DNA of 64,000 nt from Octopus bimaculoides (lineage: Eukaryota), in contig NC_068986.1 of assembly GCF_001194135.2 (NCBI RefSeq), positions 7,212,751-7,276,750 on the forward strand, given 5' to 3'. Below are positions 12,532 to 25,622 of the stretch, one piece after another (the stretch's first letter is position 1; every line of letters starts with the position of its first letter). The notes below the pieces were generated by a model, which ran no database searches, was not told where the DNA came from, and worked only from the letters and a program-made list of their open reading frames with translations. The position numbers and the translations under genes were made by a program.

Positions 12532-12720
12532 ATGGAGTACATCTGCGCTGAGAGAAAAACTAGATATTAGAGGATTCAGTTGTCATGTGCAAGAGAGAAA
12601 ACTGTGCTGGTACTGGCGCATGATGAAAGATGTATAAAGAAATACAAAGCACTTGAATTAGATGCAAACTATGGAAAAGGGAGGAGCACTGCCCTTATGG
12701 TACTGACATTAGAATGTAAA
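12530..12720 (+). mobile_element. Highly decayed RTE LINE 3' remnant
   Basis: Frameshifted traces of LR..L.IRG / L.WY..HM / LEL..NYGKGR resembling RTE 'LRWYGHV...GRGRP'. Confidence 0.4.
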
Positions 12721-14429
12721 CAAAGGAGAAGTAGATTTGATTCCCACTAGACTCTCATTTTTCACTTATACTTACATTTAATTTCAATTCCTGCATAATA
12801 TTTCTGATAAAAAGTCTATATTTTAACATATGAACCTAGTTTACCGAATTCCTATAATTAAATTAAATATAAAAAATTTGATTTATGTAAATTATCGATA
12901 TAATTGTTTTAATTATTAAGTTGTAAATCTGAAACAATTACAGTTTTGTTAATGATATATTAGCTCTTCTAACCTGCAATTAGAGAAATTTTGAAGGCAA
13001 AGAAGTATCACTTCAATTAATATTATTAAGGTTCTTGACAAAGCTAAACAATGAAATAGTTCCCATCTTGATGTTTCCCTCTCATTTATTCCAACTTGTC
13101 TTATCTCCTCAGTTGGTTATGAGGTAATACTGACATTGACCAGTGTCCATTGTAGGGGTGGATCTCTGTAGACACTATGCAGAGAGACAGGGAGATTTGA
13201 TTTTTGATATTTCAGAATTCATACAGTCATTTATTAAGTATTATAATGTTTTCAATTAAATGATTTAAATTAAATCCCCAATTTGTGTCTCATTTCAGAA
13301 TAGGTGCCATTTTCAAAGAATTGGCCACTAGAAGTAGCTACTTGAGTTTGATATATTTGAAAGTGAGAAAAAAAATTAATTGGATTCCTTAGAAAAGAAT
13401 AGGCAAATTAAAAATATCAATAATAATAATGGGTATAGAAGCTGTTGAAGCTGAATATTCTTCTAAATCATAATAAGAAACCTGGTCTTTTATGAGAAAG
13501 GAAATGATGCTTCTGTGAGATTGCATCATCTGTGGCACAATTGAAGAAATATCTAAACGTATCAAATATTATTTCATTCATAAAAATAACTGAATCATGG
13601 GTAATATGTTAACCAGTTATTAAGAAATTTATTAAATGAGAGTATGACCACTGTCCAGTTTTCAATCTTCCTCCATGTTGTAACATTTCCCTCATTACCT
13701 CTTTTTATTAGAATATTTGTTGAAATACACTGGCTTTGTTTCAATTAATTTTGAAAATAATGATGAATTTAGTAAAATAACATTGTTGTTATTAAACTGG
13801 TGACTGAGACATAAATTAACATGGAATTTTGATTGAAGAATTTTAATTTTAGATCATTTTAAAACAGGAAGTTTGTATCAGAGAACCAGGAATGGTCTTT
13901 GGTGGGTTGGTATCATGGGTTGGTATCAAAATGGTGAAGCTCTTCACTTTGTTCTCAAACATAATTAGAAAACTTCTTCCAACTATTAATGATTCTTCAA
14001 TAAAATTGTCTGTATATTCTTTTATCATTTTTTATCCTTTAGTCCAACATTATATTTTATTCTTTAGTCCAACACTATATTTTATTCTTTAGTTCTACAC
14101 TACATTTTATTCAAGTCCTACTTTACACTTTATTCATTATGTAAAACACACAAAAGTAGTCAACAGTAAACGTTCACATGATATAAATTCCTTCAAGTAT
14201 ACAGAAGCATTTCTAGAAGTAGATGACTGAGTCTGACTTAATTGGTAAAAACGGGGAGCAACCAGGTAAAAGGAGCCATTACATTTCCTAGAAACAAAGA
14301 AGTTTTAGTAAAGGACAAATTGTCTGGTATTTGTGTACAAAATGTGATGTAAAGTAGTAAAACTTGGATGTTGAATACCAAGGATATATAAAAGGCTGGA
14401 AAGAAAGTAGGTGAGTCTGCTTCACTGGA

Positions 14430-14600
14430 TCTTTAACCATCATCAGTTAACCTCTGTTCTCCATGCTGGCATAGGTCAGATGGTTTGACAGGAATTGGCT
14501 GGCCACACTGCTGCATTGTGCTCTACTGTCAGCTTTGACATGGTCTATATGGCCAGATGCCTGTCTTAACACTAACCACTTTATAGTGTGTACAGTGAGG
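14430..14600 (-). mobile_element. Abundant RTE-3'-tail-related short repeat (ccatgctggcatgggttggacggtttgac family)
   Basis: Same motif recurs at about 22585-22690, 22850-23050, 26130-26320, 27650-27790, 29140-29360, 35925-36130, 36860-37030, 51035-51340 and 54535-54790, usually beside a (CAT)n/(ATG)n tail. Confidence 0.7.
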
Positions 14601-15602
14601 TTGCCAAGTAACTTGAAAGACAAGAAAGGAAAAGGGAAAACCTCCCATGGTTAAAGTGGGGGTAGTATTTGAGATGGAGGGGGGGGAGATGTGGCCTTGT
14701 GCCAAGTGTTGAGGATAGGTTTAAAGTATGATAGAGGGACAGGCACAAGTGTTTTGCTATAATGTTAGTGAGCAATGTGAATAACAGAGCATAAATGAAC
14801 TGAGTGAACGACTATGTATAATAGGAATCAGATGTAATGTGCCAGAGGGAAGGCGGCACTAAGATAAACGTGTGATGTATATGGCAGTGAGTGACAGTTT
14901 GGAAAAGAAATGATAAGTGATCTGGGTGGAAGGCACCTGAAGAAAAGAAAGCCTGATGAGGGATGAGGAAGATATAGGAAGAAGTGGTGATTGCTAGTTT
15001 ATATGAAGGAGATGACAAAAGACAATAACAAGTGGCAAGGCACATGTAAGAATGGAAAAGAGAAATAGATGTGAAGATGATGATGATATTTAACCCCAAA
15101 TAGAAGATGAAATATTACAGTAGATACAAAGGATGTGATATACAATAAAACATTATTTTATTCTGTAATAAATGCAGAATGGAAATATATATTCTCCACT
15201 TACCATTAACAAGATACTTTGACTATTAGAAATTTAAGTGGCAAGATAAAAATTGTCAGGAAATGGCACTTGAAAGTGTAATAGAAGTGAATGTGGCATT
15301 CTACCTGAATGTTGGTGGTGTATATCTATACATTTGTGTGTGTGTGTGTGTGGTGTAAATGTCTAGCTATTACATGCATTCAGTATGAAAAAGACATGGA
15401 AAGTAATGAAATTTTGTTGTTGATGTACAATATTCTATTGATTACAGAATGTGTAGAATGGGGGGTTTCAGCAATGTTGTATGGAAGGAGCTGTTAGTTA
15501 TGTAAACTATTTAGCTGTGAGGGTGGGAATGCTGAAACCATAGTAACCAGAGCTTTTAACCCCTGGTCGTTTGTATCATCACTATGTGCAATAATGTTGA
15601 TA

Positions 15603-16912
15603 TATGAGGGGGTGCCCTAAAATAATCAGAAACGTTTTCTGTGGAGCAAGCCAGTTGTAGTTCAGACATCCACCACTAGAGGCCACTTGATGCAGCCCTC
15701 AGGCATCAGTATGCCAACCTGTGTTGTCAGTTGAAGTCATACTGCCATCTTGTGTGTCTTCGTTTTGCAGTGCTTTTCCCCTGTTTGTCGATTTTTGCAA
15801 TGGCTGAATGAAGAAACGGCATACTTCTGTGAAATTCTGTCTTTTGCTGGGGAAAACGGTGACTGAAACAGTTGTCATGCTTCAAACAGTTTACAAGTAT
15901 GCTGCCATGAGCAAAACAAGTTTCTGAGTGGTTTTTACGCTTTAGGAATGGTCACTTGTCACTTGATGACCAACCTCATTCAGGACAATCATTGACCTCC
16001 CAAATGAATGAAAATATTATGGAAATTCATGAACTGATCTTGGAGGACCATTGCCAAACAACTGACAAACTTGTTGATATGACTGGTGTGTCCTGGAGCT
16101 CCTGCCAATGAATTTTGAATAAGGAATTGTGAATAAAAAGAGTTGCAGCAAAATTTGTGACTCTCTTGCTCACAGAAGATCAAAAGCAGTCATGAGTGAA
16201 TGCATGTTGTGAACTGAAAGAAGAGTTAGAAGTTGATCTGTACCTTTTTTTTGAAGGTCATCACTGGTGATGAAAGGTGGCGCTGTGGCTGTGACCCAGA
16301 AACAGAGCAGCAATCAAGTTAGTGGAAGGTCACCATGCTCCAAAAACGCATGTCAAGTGAAATCCAATGTCAAGACGATGCGGATTTATTTCATTGATGC
16401 AAAAGGAATTGTCCACACAGAATTTGTTCCTCCTGGTCAAACTGTTAACCAGACATTTTACTTGGCAATTCTGAAGTGTTTGAAAGATGCAGTGAGATGA
16501 AAATGCCCCAACCTATGGCAAAGTGGAGAGTGGTGGTTTCATCACGACAATGCACCCTGTCTTGAGTGTGAGACAGTTTTTGACCAAAAATGGCATGACC
16601 CTGTTTACCCACCCTCCCTATTCACCTGATCTTGCTCCATGCAACTTATTTTTGTTCTTCCAAATAAAAAAAAAGTCTTTAAAGGAAAACGTTTTGCAGG
16701 TGTGGAAGAGGTGAAGTAGAAAACGATGGAGGCATTAAAAGGCCTCACTTCCCAAGAGTTCTAGGACTGTTTCAAACAGTGGAAAATGTGTCTGGACTGA
16801 TGCATTGCTTGAAATGGAGAATACTTTGAAGACGATAAATGTGTAAACATGTAGAACTAAGGGAATAAAATAATATTGCAAAATTCTGGTTTCTTTTCGT
16901 TACCCCCTTGTA
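15603..16912 (+). mobile_element. Full-length but inactivated mariner (DD34D) transposon, about 1.3 kb
   Basis: TA-bounded TIRs (ta-tgagggggtgccc / gttacccccttg-ta). Transposase motifs in broken frames: ITGDE, GIVHTEFVPPGQTVNQTFYLAILKCLKDAVR, HDNAP, HPPYSPDLAPCNLFLF. Confidence 0.9.
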
Positions 16913-17084
16913 ATTGTCTATTAATTTCTGATTGATTATTTTGGATGAACTAATTTGGTCACTGAGTAAATCCGTGGGTGCAACTTCACATTGCTGGCAT
17001 GCCACAAATGTGTATATTATATGGATATTTACTTTATATGGATATTCACTTTATATGGATATTTACTCTACATATAACTCTTTT

Positions 17085-17275
17085 ACTCTTTTATTTGTTT
17101 CAGTCATTTGACTGCGGCCATGCTGGAGCACCGCCTTTAGTCGAGCAAATCGACCCCCAGGACTTATTCTTTGGAAGCCTAGTACTTATTCTATCGGTCT
17201 CTTTTGCCGAACCGCTAAGTTACGGGGACGTAAACACACCAGTTGTCAAGCGATGGTGGGGGGACAAACACAGAC
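17085..17275 (-). mobile_element. SINE 3' half whose tail matches the CR1-like LINE tail
   Basis: Reverse complement ends ...ggcggtgctccagcatggccgcagtcaaatgactgaaacaaataaaag; 22/24 identity to LINE 795-818. Confidence 0.8.
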
Positions 17276-17319
17276 ACACAAACACGCACACACACACACA
17301 AACACACATACATATATGT

Positions 17320-17350
<31 letters not shown>

Positions 17351-17680
17351 NNNNNNNNNNNNNNNNNNNNNNNNNNNNNNNNNNNNNNNNNNNNNNNNNN
17401 NNNNNNNNNNNNNNNNNNNNNNNNNNNNNNNNNNNNNNNNNNNNNNNNNNNNNNNNNNNNNNNNNNNNNNNNNNNNNNNNNNNNNNNNNNNNNNNNNNNN
17501 NNNNNNNNNNNNNNNNNNNNNNNNNNNNNNNNNNNNNNNNNNNNNNNNNNNNNNNNNNNNNNNNNNNNNNNNNNNNNNNNNNNNNNNNNTTTCTATTTCT
17601 TGATAGATCAATCAGATGGATATTGAAATGGAAAACATAAGGGCACATGCGTGCACACACACACGCACACGCACACACGC

Positions 17681-17728
<48 letters not shown>

Positions 17729-18271
17729 GAAAATTATTATTGAAGAACTTATTGAATTCACTGATTTCTAAGCCTCCAGAATGTTTTATTAATAGCTTGG
17801 CATTCTAAAAACCTAAGCTTATTATCCTATCATTTTCTCCATTCCTGTAACCACCACAAATAATGTCTCTTTCTCTGTATTTCTATTGTTTAAGTCACTT
17901 GTTTCGGAAAAGCTACCTTCAATGAAAGTCTATTCTTCAAAACACAAAAGCTAATAATTTTTTAACACAATAGCAGCTTTGCACACACAATATACATGTT
18001 TCATACATAAACACAGTCTCTCTCTCTCTCTTTCTGTTTTTGTCTTGCGCTATGGAAGTTGCTTAAAATAAATTATAAATTATTGAAGCAGGTTATACAT
18101 TTGTGCTATAAATCACTTTATTGATTACATTTTGTAATAATGAAATTATTATTTTATATCTGCATCCTAAAGACTGCTCTGCTTCATCAACTTCTACCTT
18201 GCCATCTTAGACCTTTGCATAAATCGACTCTAATCACACTCCAAGATATGCAATCATTCCTTATCCTCTGT

Positions 18272-18284
18272 CATGTTACACACG

Positions 18285-18325
<41 letters not shown>

Positions 18326-18791
18326 TCACTCACTCACTCACTCACTCACTCACTCACTCACTCACTCACTCACTCACTCACTCACTCNNNNNNNNNNNNN
18401 NNNNNNNNNNNNNNNNNNNNNNNNNNNNNNNNNNNNNNNNNNNNNNNNNNNNNNNNNNNNNNNNNNNNNNNNNNNNNNNNNNNNNNNNNNNNNNNNNNNN
18501 NNNNNNNNNNNNNNNNNNNNNNNNNNNNNNNNNNNNNNNNNNNNNNNNNNNNNNNNNNNNNNNNNNNNNNNNNNNNNNNNNNNNNNNNNNNNNNNNNNNN
18601 NNNNNNNNNNNNNNNNNNNNNNNNNNNNNNNNNNNNNNNNNNNNNNNNNNNNNNNNNNNNNNNNNNNNNNNNNNNNNNNNNNNNNNNNNNNNNNNNNNNN
18701 NNNNNNNNNNNNNNNNNNNNNNNNNNNNNNNNNNNNNNNNNNNNNNNNNNNNNNNNNNNNNNNNNNNNNNNNNNNNNNNNNNNNNNNNNNN

Positions 18792-18855
<64 letters not shown>
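18272..18855. repeat. (CA)n-(CTCA)n-[gap]-(CT)n microsatellite complex
   Basis: Seen directly. Confidence 0.95.
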
Positions 18856-18860
<5 letters not shown>

Positions 18861-19708
18861 AAATGGAGAGCAGCACTACTTTTTCCAAATATATATTAAA
18901 AAATGTCATCTTAAAACCTGACTATTAAAAAAATAACAGCTTTTCAGTTTTATGGATCTAGTTGTTTATTGCATTTTTGAAATTTTGTAAAACGATCTCT
19001 GTTCTTCTTTCACCTCTCATTCCTCTGATTTCAATGTAAACTACAGATCTGATGTAGCTTTGCTTTCTTGTCTTTATACAGTCAGCGTTGGCTTGAATCA
19101 AATTCTGTTTGATCAACAGATATGTGACATCTATAGAGCAAGCAGAGTTAATGGAGAAAGATAAATATCTATGTGTTTGTTCATACACACCAACACACAG
19201 ATCTGTTGATGTGTACAACAATATTATTTACCACACCAACACATTTTTATGTGTGATGGCATTGCATGTGTGTTACGAAACCTTAGCTTTCTAAAAACTC
19301 TGCTTATTTATTGTCTGCTTAGTGTGAATAGGGTTTGCTTTTCAAATCAAAATAACTTTCATAGTCTTCCTATGATACTCACCCCTAATTATCTAGTGGA
19401 GTTTACTATTTAGACTATCATAGTGTAATGTTAAATCTCTGAACGAGGTGTTAACAGTAACTGCACGATAAAGTGACATCCACCCTTAGGGGTCAGCCAC
19501 ATTTAAATGGCAAATATACTTCACTATCATAGTGTATTTTCTATTAAAAACCCATATATAATACTCTCCCACCTTGTAGACATATTGCTGATGATGTTTT
19601 CACATTGGTATGCATGGCAAAGTAAATTTATATAATGGGGTGAGTGTGCTAAGCAGTGATAAGTAAAAATGCAATGTTAACCCCAGTTCAAATATGCTAA
19701 AAGCACGT

Positions 19709-19808
19709 TTGGTCTTGTAAACAAGCCACTCACCATGTTTTGTCATGGAGAAAATTTCTCAGTGGAAAACATGACAAAACATGGTGAATGGCTTGTTTAC
19801 AAGTCCAA
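19709..19808. repeat. Inverted repeat/hairpin, 39-bp arms, 22-nt loop
   Basis: ttggtcttgtaaacaagccactcaccatgttttgtcatg ... catgacaaaacatggtgaatggcttgtttacaagtccaa, 2 mismatches. Confidence 0.9.
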
Positions 19809-22053
19809 ATCTGCTTTTTGAATATTCAAACTGGTGTTGACATTGTAAATTTATGTAATACACTGGATAACCTTGAGTATGAACTCTTGTCCAAACAGTT
19901 GCTATTGAGTGTGGTCTTAGTGTATATTCCATCTGTTTTAGCTCTGAAGGTGTTTGCAGTGTTACTTCTGTGAATAGCTGTTATCAGAAAGAGAGTAGCA
20001 TCACTTTGCTTTTTATAGGTTTTTGCATTTTTAAGGGCTTATAAACAATGTTATGCACTTCACAATGGAATGCAAAGCCAGTTATCCTTCTTGTGTATTT
20101 TAATCATCAAATAAGATCAAATAAGACACTGACATCAACATCAACAACCACTACAAACCAACAGTCTCTGAACAATGCTTACTATTTATTTTTGTCTGCT
20201 GAACCATACTAAGGCAAATATAACCATTTAATGTAGTGCAAAGAATGTGTTCAAACATTTTGAAATTTGAAATAAAAGTACCCTACAAAGTTAATTGACA
20301 ATGGAATGGAATCTGCCAAAGCAATAGACCTTCAAAATTTACAAAAAAAAAAAAAAAAATTCCAGCACACTAAATATTCCAAATTATTTTGCATCACACA
20401 ACCAAAGAAATATAGAAACATACAACATTAGCCATGCAAACATTCTGCTTTACTCCTTTTTTCTTTTGTCAGTCATTTACTCTCCCCTACCCACTCTTTA
20501 TTCACTGTTCATGACATCCACCTTGTAACCCTACCTGGCCTCTATGGTCATTCCCTTTCCTTCTCTACCTTCCCTCCATTGTATATATCTCTCAACATTT
20601 GTATTTCATTCATTATATTCATTGGCTCATTCATTCCTCCTCTCTAAACACCCCTCTCTCTCTCCCCAGACACCCTTGCAACCTCTGTCCACCCATACTC
20701 TCTGTTCTTCTGTCCCCACTCATTTCTATTCCCCTTCTTGTACCTTGAGGGCCCAACCTGAAACCTTGTCACCACTATTTTATCTCACTTTTCAGGTCCA
20801 CCCCACTTACTACCACCTTCTCCTCTCTAATGCAAGTAGCCCTGTAGCTGTTCTACAGCAGGAAAAACACTCTTCTGTTCTGACCCCTTCTGCCTTACTT
20901 TAACTTCTTATCTTTTAGCAGTCTTGTTGGATACTGTCAAATTGTCTAGTCTATGCCCTATTAAAACATGATGTGTGCACACACACACACACACTCACAC
21001 ACACTTGCACACATACACACACACACACACACTCACTCACTCACTCACACACACACCACACACACACACACACACACGTGTATATCTATCCATTTATATA
21101 TGTATATGCACATATAAATATCCCAGAATACCTTTAATGGAAAGATTTTCTTTGAATTCTATCAAATTCTAAACAACAAATTAAAGTTCGTTAAATGAAA
21201 ATAATACTCAATTATTTTGGGTTGTTTGAACAATGCCTTAATTCTTTCCTATGTTTTCTCTTTCCTGATATATTCCTAGAGTTACTTTCAATGGAGTAAG
21301 TTTGTTTTACGTGCACTAATAATGAAATATCTAACCAAAATAATGAATAAATTGTTGTTTGCTGTTTGATTCACATATCTAAATGTAAGCTAGGGTTGAG
21401 AAGTGTGGAAAAATACAGAAAATAGGCAGGATGAGAAAGAAGACAAGAAAAGAGCATATAGAAAAAAAAAATGATCATTGGAAAAAGATGTTATGGGTTG
21501 ATAGGATTCCCTAAGAGTATGAAATTTCCATAGTGCTTTTCGTTTTGCTTGTTTCTTTTTTCCCATTCACATTGGGAAAGTTGATATATTTATGTTATTG
21601 CTATCATTTTTAACTGTCAATTCTATTAGACTGTTTCTAAAAAAAAAAAAAAAAAAAAGACAAAAAGAAACAAAACTGAAATTTAACCACCACTATTGCT
21701 GTCATCCTCCTCCCATCCTCCTCTTCCTTCCCCATCATTATTTCTTTATTATATCCTTTGTTCTATTATTTTGTAATATCAGCTTCCATTTTGATAATTT
21801 CATCATGCAGAAAATATATCAAAATGCCTTTTGATTTTGTTTTTGTTTTTTAAAAATTTTTTTCTTATTTTCTCAAATAACTTAAGTGAATTTCAATCTT
21901 TAATATTTACCACCCGTGTAAAAGGTAAAAGAAAAAAAAACAAACAAACAATCCAACAATTTTGGAATTCTTTTAACTTTTTATTTATTCATTTTTCCCC
22001 TTGGAAATACAATGATCATGCTACAGCAGAAATTTAATATGGAAATATAGGTT

Positions 22054-22091
<38 letters not shown>

Positions 22092-22723
22092 TCACGAGGG
22101 ATATCAGTTCTTTGATGTTGGGTGCCAGTCATAAAAATATTTCTACTTCATTCAATGCGAATATTGGGTGTCATTTTTAACTATCCTAAATTTGGATGGA
22201 ATTGAATTTGGAATTGATGTACTTCAATTTTTCAAAAATCTTGGAGCTATATTCTGGCTTGCTTTTTGCTAAGTAGTTCCAAGTGTTCTGCTATTTATTT
22301 CTAAAAGACTGCACTGTTGTAGATGACTTTGACAAATTGGTCAGGAATTTTGTATATTCTAGATTTTTCTTTCTTTTAATGGTTGTTATCATTCTTGCCT
22401 GTGGTTAAGAATTGTTTCTTAAACCTTTCATAACTATATTTTCTTGAAATACACCTCTTTGTTTGAATTGATTTCTAAAATAATGATGACTATAGTGAAA
22501 TAACTTTGTCTTTATTAAAACTGATGTTTCAAATAAATTAACATAAAATTTTCATGCTAATTGTTAATTTACATCACTTTATAATAGAAAAACTGCCAGA
22601 TCAGATTGGAGCCTAGTGCAGCCTCCTGGCTTCGCAGACCCCAGATGAACCATCCAACCCATGACAGCATGGAAAATGGACTTTAAATGATGATGATACA
22701 CATGTGTGTGTATGTATATACAT

Positions 22724-22792
<69 letters not shown>

Positions 22793-23428
22793 GCACGCAG
22801 ATGTATATATATGGTTACTTCTCTTGGTTCCTCAACCTCCCTCCGCTGAGATGTCCTTGTCTTGCAAGCTACTTAGTGACCTTACTGGTGCCATGCAAAA
22901 AGCATCCATGCTGACACTATACAAAAAGCACCTAGTACACTCTGTAAAGTGGTTGGCATTAGGAAGGGCATCCAGCCATAGAAACCATTCCAAAATAGAT
23001 GACTGGAGCCTGGTGCAGCTCTCTGGCTTTCCAGCTTCTTGTGGAATTCAGCCAACCACCTTCCTTTGGACTGGACCATCAAATAGTATATCTTGTGATA
23101 ATAGTTTTTCTCTCAGGTTAAATACAACTTAAGGAGAATGGTAGGGTAGAGAGGAAGGTGTCACTTTCCAGTAAATTCCATGAAAGGGGAGAGAAAGTGT
23201 GAGGTGTGAAACTAGTGTGGATAAAAGGGTTAGCACTAACTTTTCTGATTGTAGGTTGGCAGCAGGAAATGGGGAAAAGTGTTTATCTTTAACATGTCAG
23301 GGTGATCCATAGTTTTGTGTCCCTTGAATCACCTGATGTAATTACCCTCCCCCACTCCATTTTGTTAGTATTTATTGTGGTTTATCATTGTGTTTTTAAT
23401 ATTGTTTTTTTTTCATATGTCTTTTGCC

Positions 23429-23610
23429 TTTTTGCTGTTCCCTTTTTGCTGTTCCCTTTTTGCTGTTCCCTTTTTGCTGTTCCCTTTTTGCTGTTCCCTT
23501 TTTGCTGTTCCCTTTTTGCTGTTCCCTTTTTGCTGTTCCCTTTTTGCTGTTCCCTTTTTGCTGTTCCCTTTTTGCTGTTCCCTTTTTGCTGTTCCCTTTT
23601 TGCTGTTCCC
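23429..23610. repeat. Perfect 14-bp tandem repeat (TTTTTGCTGTTCCC) x13
   Basis: Seen directly; produces the FLLFPFCCSLFAVP / KGNSKKGTAKREQQ ORFs. Confidence 0.95.
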
Positions 23611-23629
23611 TTGTGGCCTTGAAATCAAT

Positions 23630-23810
23630 CATCAGCTTGCCAGACTAAATGCTTAGTAGCTTTTCTTCTGCCTTTATATTTTGAGTTCAAATTTCACTAA
23701 AGTCGGCTTTGCTTTTCATCCTTTTGGGGTTGATAAATAATTACCAGTTGAGCACTGGGGTCAATGTAACCAATGAGCCCCTTTACTCCAAAATTCAAGC
23801 GTTGTGCCTG
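23630..23810 (+). mobile_element. SINE (same family as 12036)
   Basis: agcttgccagactaaatgcttagtagc...gagttcaaatttc...gctttcatccttttggggttgataaataattaccagttgagcactgggg. Confidence 0.75.
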
Positions 23811-24599
23811 TAGTAGAAACGATTATTTCTATTTTGTTGTTAGTTGTGGTAGGAAAAGGTTAGCAGTGGTTGTCATGATTACAATAGTAAAATTAGCAAG
23901 TATCAATCACTTCAGCAGCAAACTCAAATTAATAAAATGCTGTTTAGATTCTAAACTTATATTTTAGTTTATTGTTTTCCAATTTGTTTTAAGCAATATT
24001 TTACAATAAAATATTTCACAGACTGTTTTGATAGAACAGCAGGTTTAGAAATATCTAATATCTCTTGTCATCATTTTATAGAAATATTTTGATTTGATCC
24101 TGTTTTATTGGAATTCTCTGTAGATAACTGATTCCTAAAGTTCATATTTCTTCATTTCCTTAGAGAGGCCTTAAGAAATGTTACTAAATAGTTAGCTCTT
24201 AGAAAATATGAAACAAAATTTATCAAGTTTATCTGTATTATTCTTTATCCAAACAATTTTTTCCAATGTAAAAATTTCAAAGATATTTTCTTAAAGTTTA
24301 TCCAAGATTAGCCATTCTCTATTGAAAGACATATTTTAGAATATTTATAATATTAAAGAAAAATATTACTTTTGATTAAAATAGAAAATAAAGATAATTT
24401 ATCTTTGGCTATTTTAAATATTTTAAAGTCATTGAATTAAAGTGTTACCATTTCTATTATTTAGAGTTCTTTGATTAAAACTTAAAATGGTATTTGGCTT
24501 CAAGTTGGTCCTCTGATTCCTTACAGAGTGGATAAGTTTATCTTGAAAATTAACAAAACCTTATTAAATATCTGGGATAAAATGTTATATGCAAATTCT

Positions 24600-25150
24600 T
24601 TATCTCCATACACAATTCAAAAACTGTGTTCTCTTCTTGTTCTTGCTGCTGATAAGTATAGAAAATTTTTCCTCAAGAACAGTATTAGACCTGGTTGTGT
24701 CCCTACTCTCCCTTCTTATCTCTGTACTCAGGAGATGAGCTCTGCCCTCACTAGACTGTTCAATGGTTTCTCTCTAAAGTTACCTGTTTAAATCTATGCA
24801 AACACACAACAATAATTCCTATCCTCCAGAACGATGACAATCTCTTTGATTTTGCCAACTAAATAACTACTCTCACTGTCAATGTCTTAAAAGTAACTGA
24901 CTGTAAGCGATCCCCTCTATTTGTTATCTTCAGTCTTTTTCTCTTTTCCCTGATGCCATTATGGTTTTGGTAAACCAACATCTTCTGCTCTACATCATAC
25001 ATAATGGTCACTCATCCATGATAATGTTGTTGAAAACATTCTTGTCCCTTAGACAAGACATTTACTGTCAGGCTTATCCGGCAGGGCATGTCCTCTAATG
25101 TATCATGAGATTATTTATGCTTCCCTTACTCTTCTGGGCAATTTTACTTC
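24600..25150 (+). mobile_element. Old CR1/Jockey-type LINE reverse transcriptase remnant
   Basis: Traces: EMSSALTRLFN..., HTTIIPIL, YGFG..., and a QG-like motif near 25080, in heavily disrupted frames. Confidence 0.5.
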
Positions 25151-25413
25151 TACTGAAACACAATTATGCTAACAGCATGACCATCCACTCCATGATTAGC
25201 TTTTACTATTGATAATTATTTATATGCAACTTAGATCCCTCACATTAGATTTGTACATGTTCCCTGAACAAACACCTTATAAATATTTACAGACGTGAAC
25301 CAGAGAGGTTGCTCTTTTGTAGTATAGAAGACACTGTTGAGTATTTGCATAAGTTTAAGTAGTTAGATCATAAATAGGGGAAGGTTGCTTCAACATCACC
25401 AAGAAAGAATAAT

Positions 25414-25622
25414 TACTGTATACGCTGGCGTATAAGATGTGCTTTTTTATTCTTAAATGTAGCAAAATATTGTCATGAATCTAATGTGATCATATTATGG
25501 TTGCTGTACCGAGTGTATGTATGTGTGATGAAACATTAAATTTCTCTTTTTCACAAAAAATACTTGTAAAGTAGGGGTGTGTATTATGTGGGTGTGTCCC
25601 CCATAGGCTGGAAAATATGGTA
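25414..25622. mobile_element. Possible Tc1/pogo-type MITE remnant
   Basis: Ends tactgtatacgctggcgtataag ... ctggaaaatatggta resemble TACCGTATTTTCCGGCGTATAAG-type TIRs; degenerate. Confidence 0.45.

Noticed and set aside
2693-18899. Long ORFs containing X runs (also at 31050 and 57736-58205)
   Set aside because: Their length comes from reading through N gaps; only the TE-like parts were kept.
23302-23656. Repetitive ORFs (FLLFPFCCSLFAVP / KGNSKKGTAKREQQ) and a CRISPR-like appearance
   Set aside because: Pure 14-bp tandem repeat without spacers, in eukaryotic DNA; not a CRISPR array or a gene.
24200-24560. Very AT-rich stretch as a mitochondrial insertion (NUMT)
   Set aside because: No recognisable mitochondrial gene, rRNA or tRNA motif.
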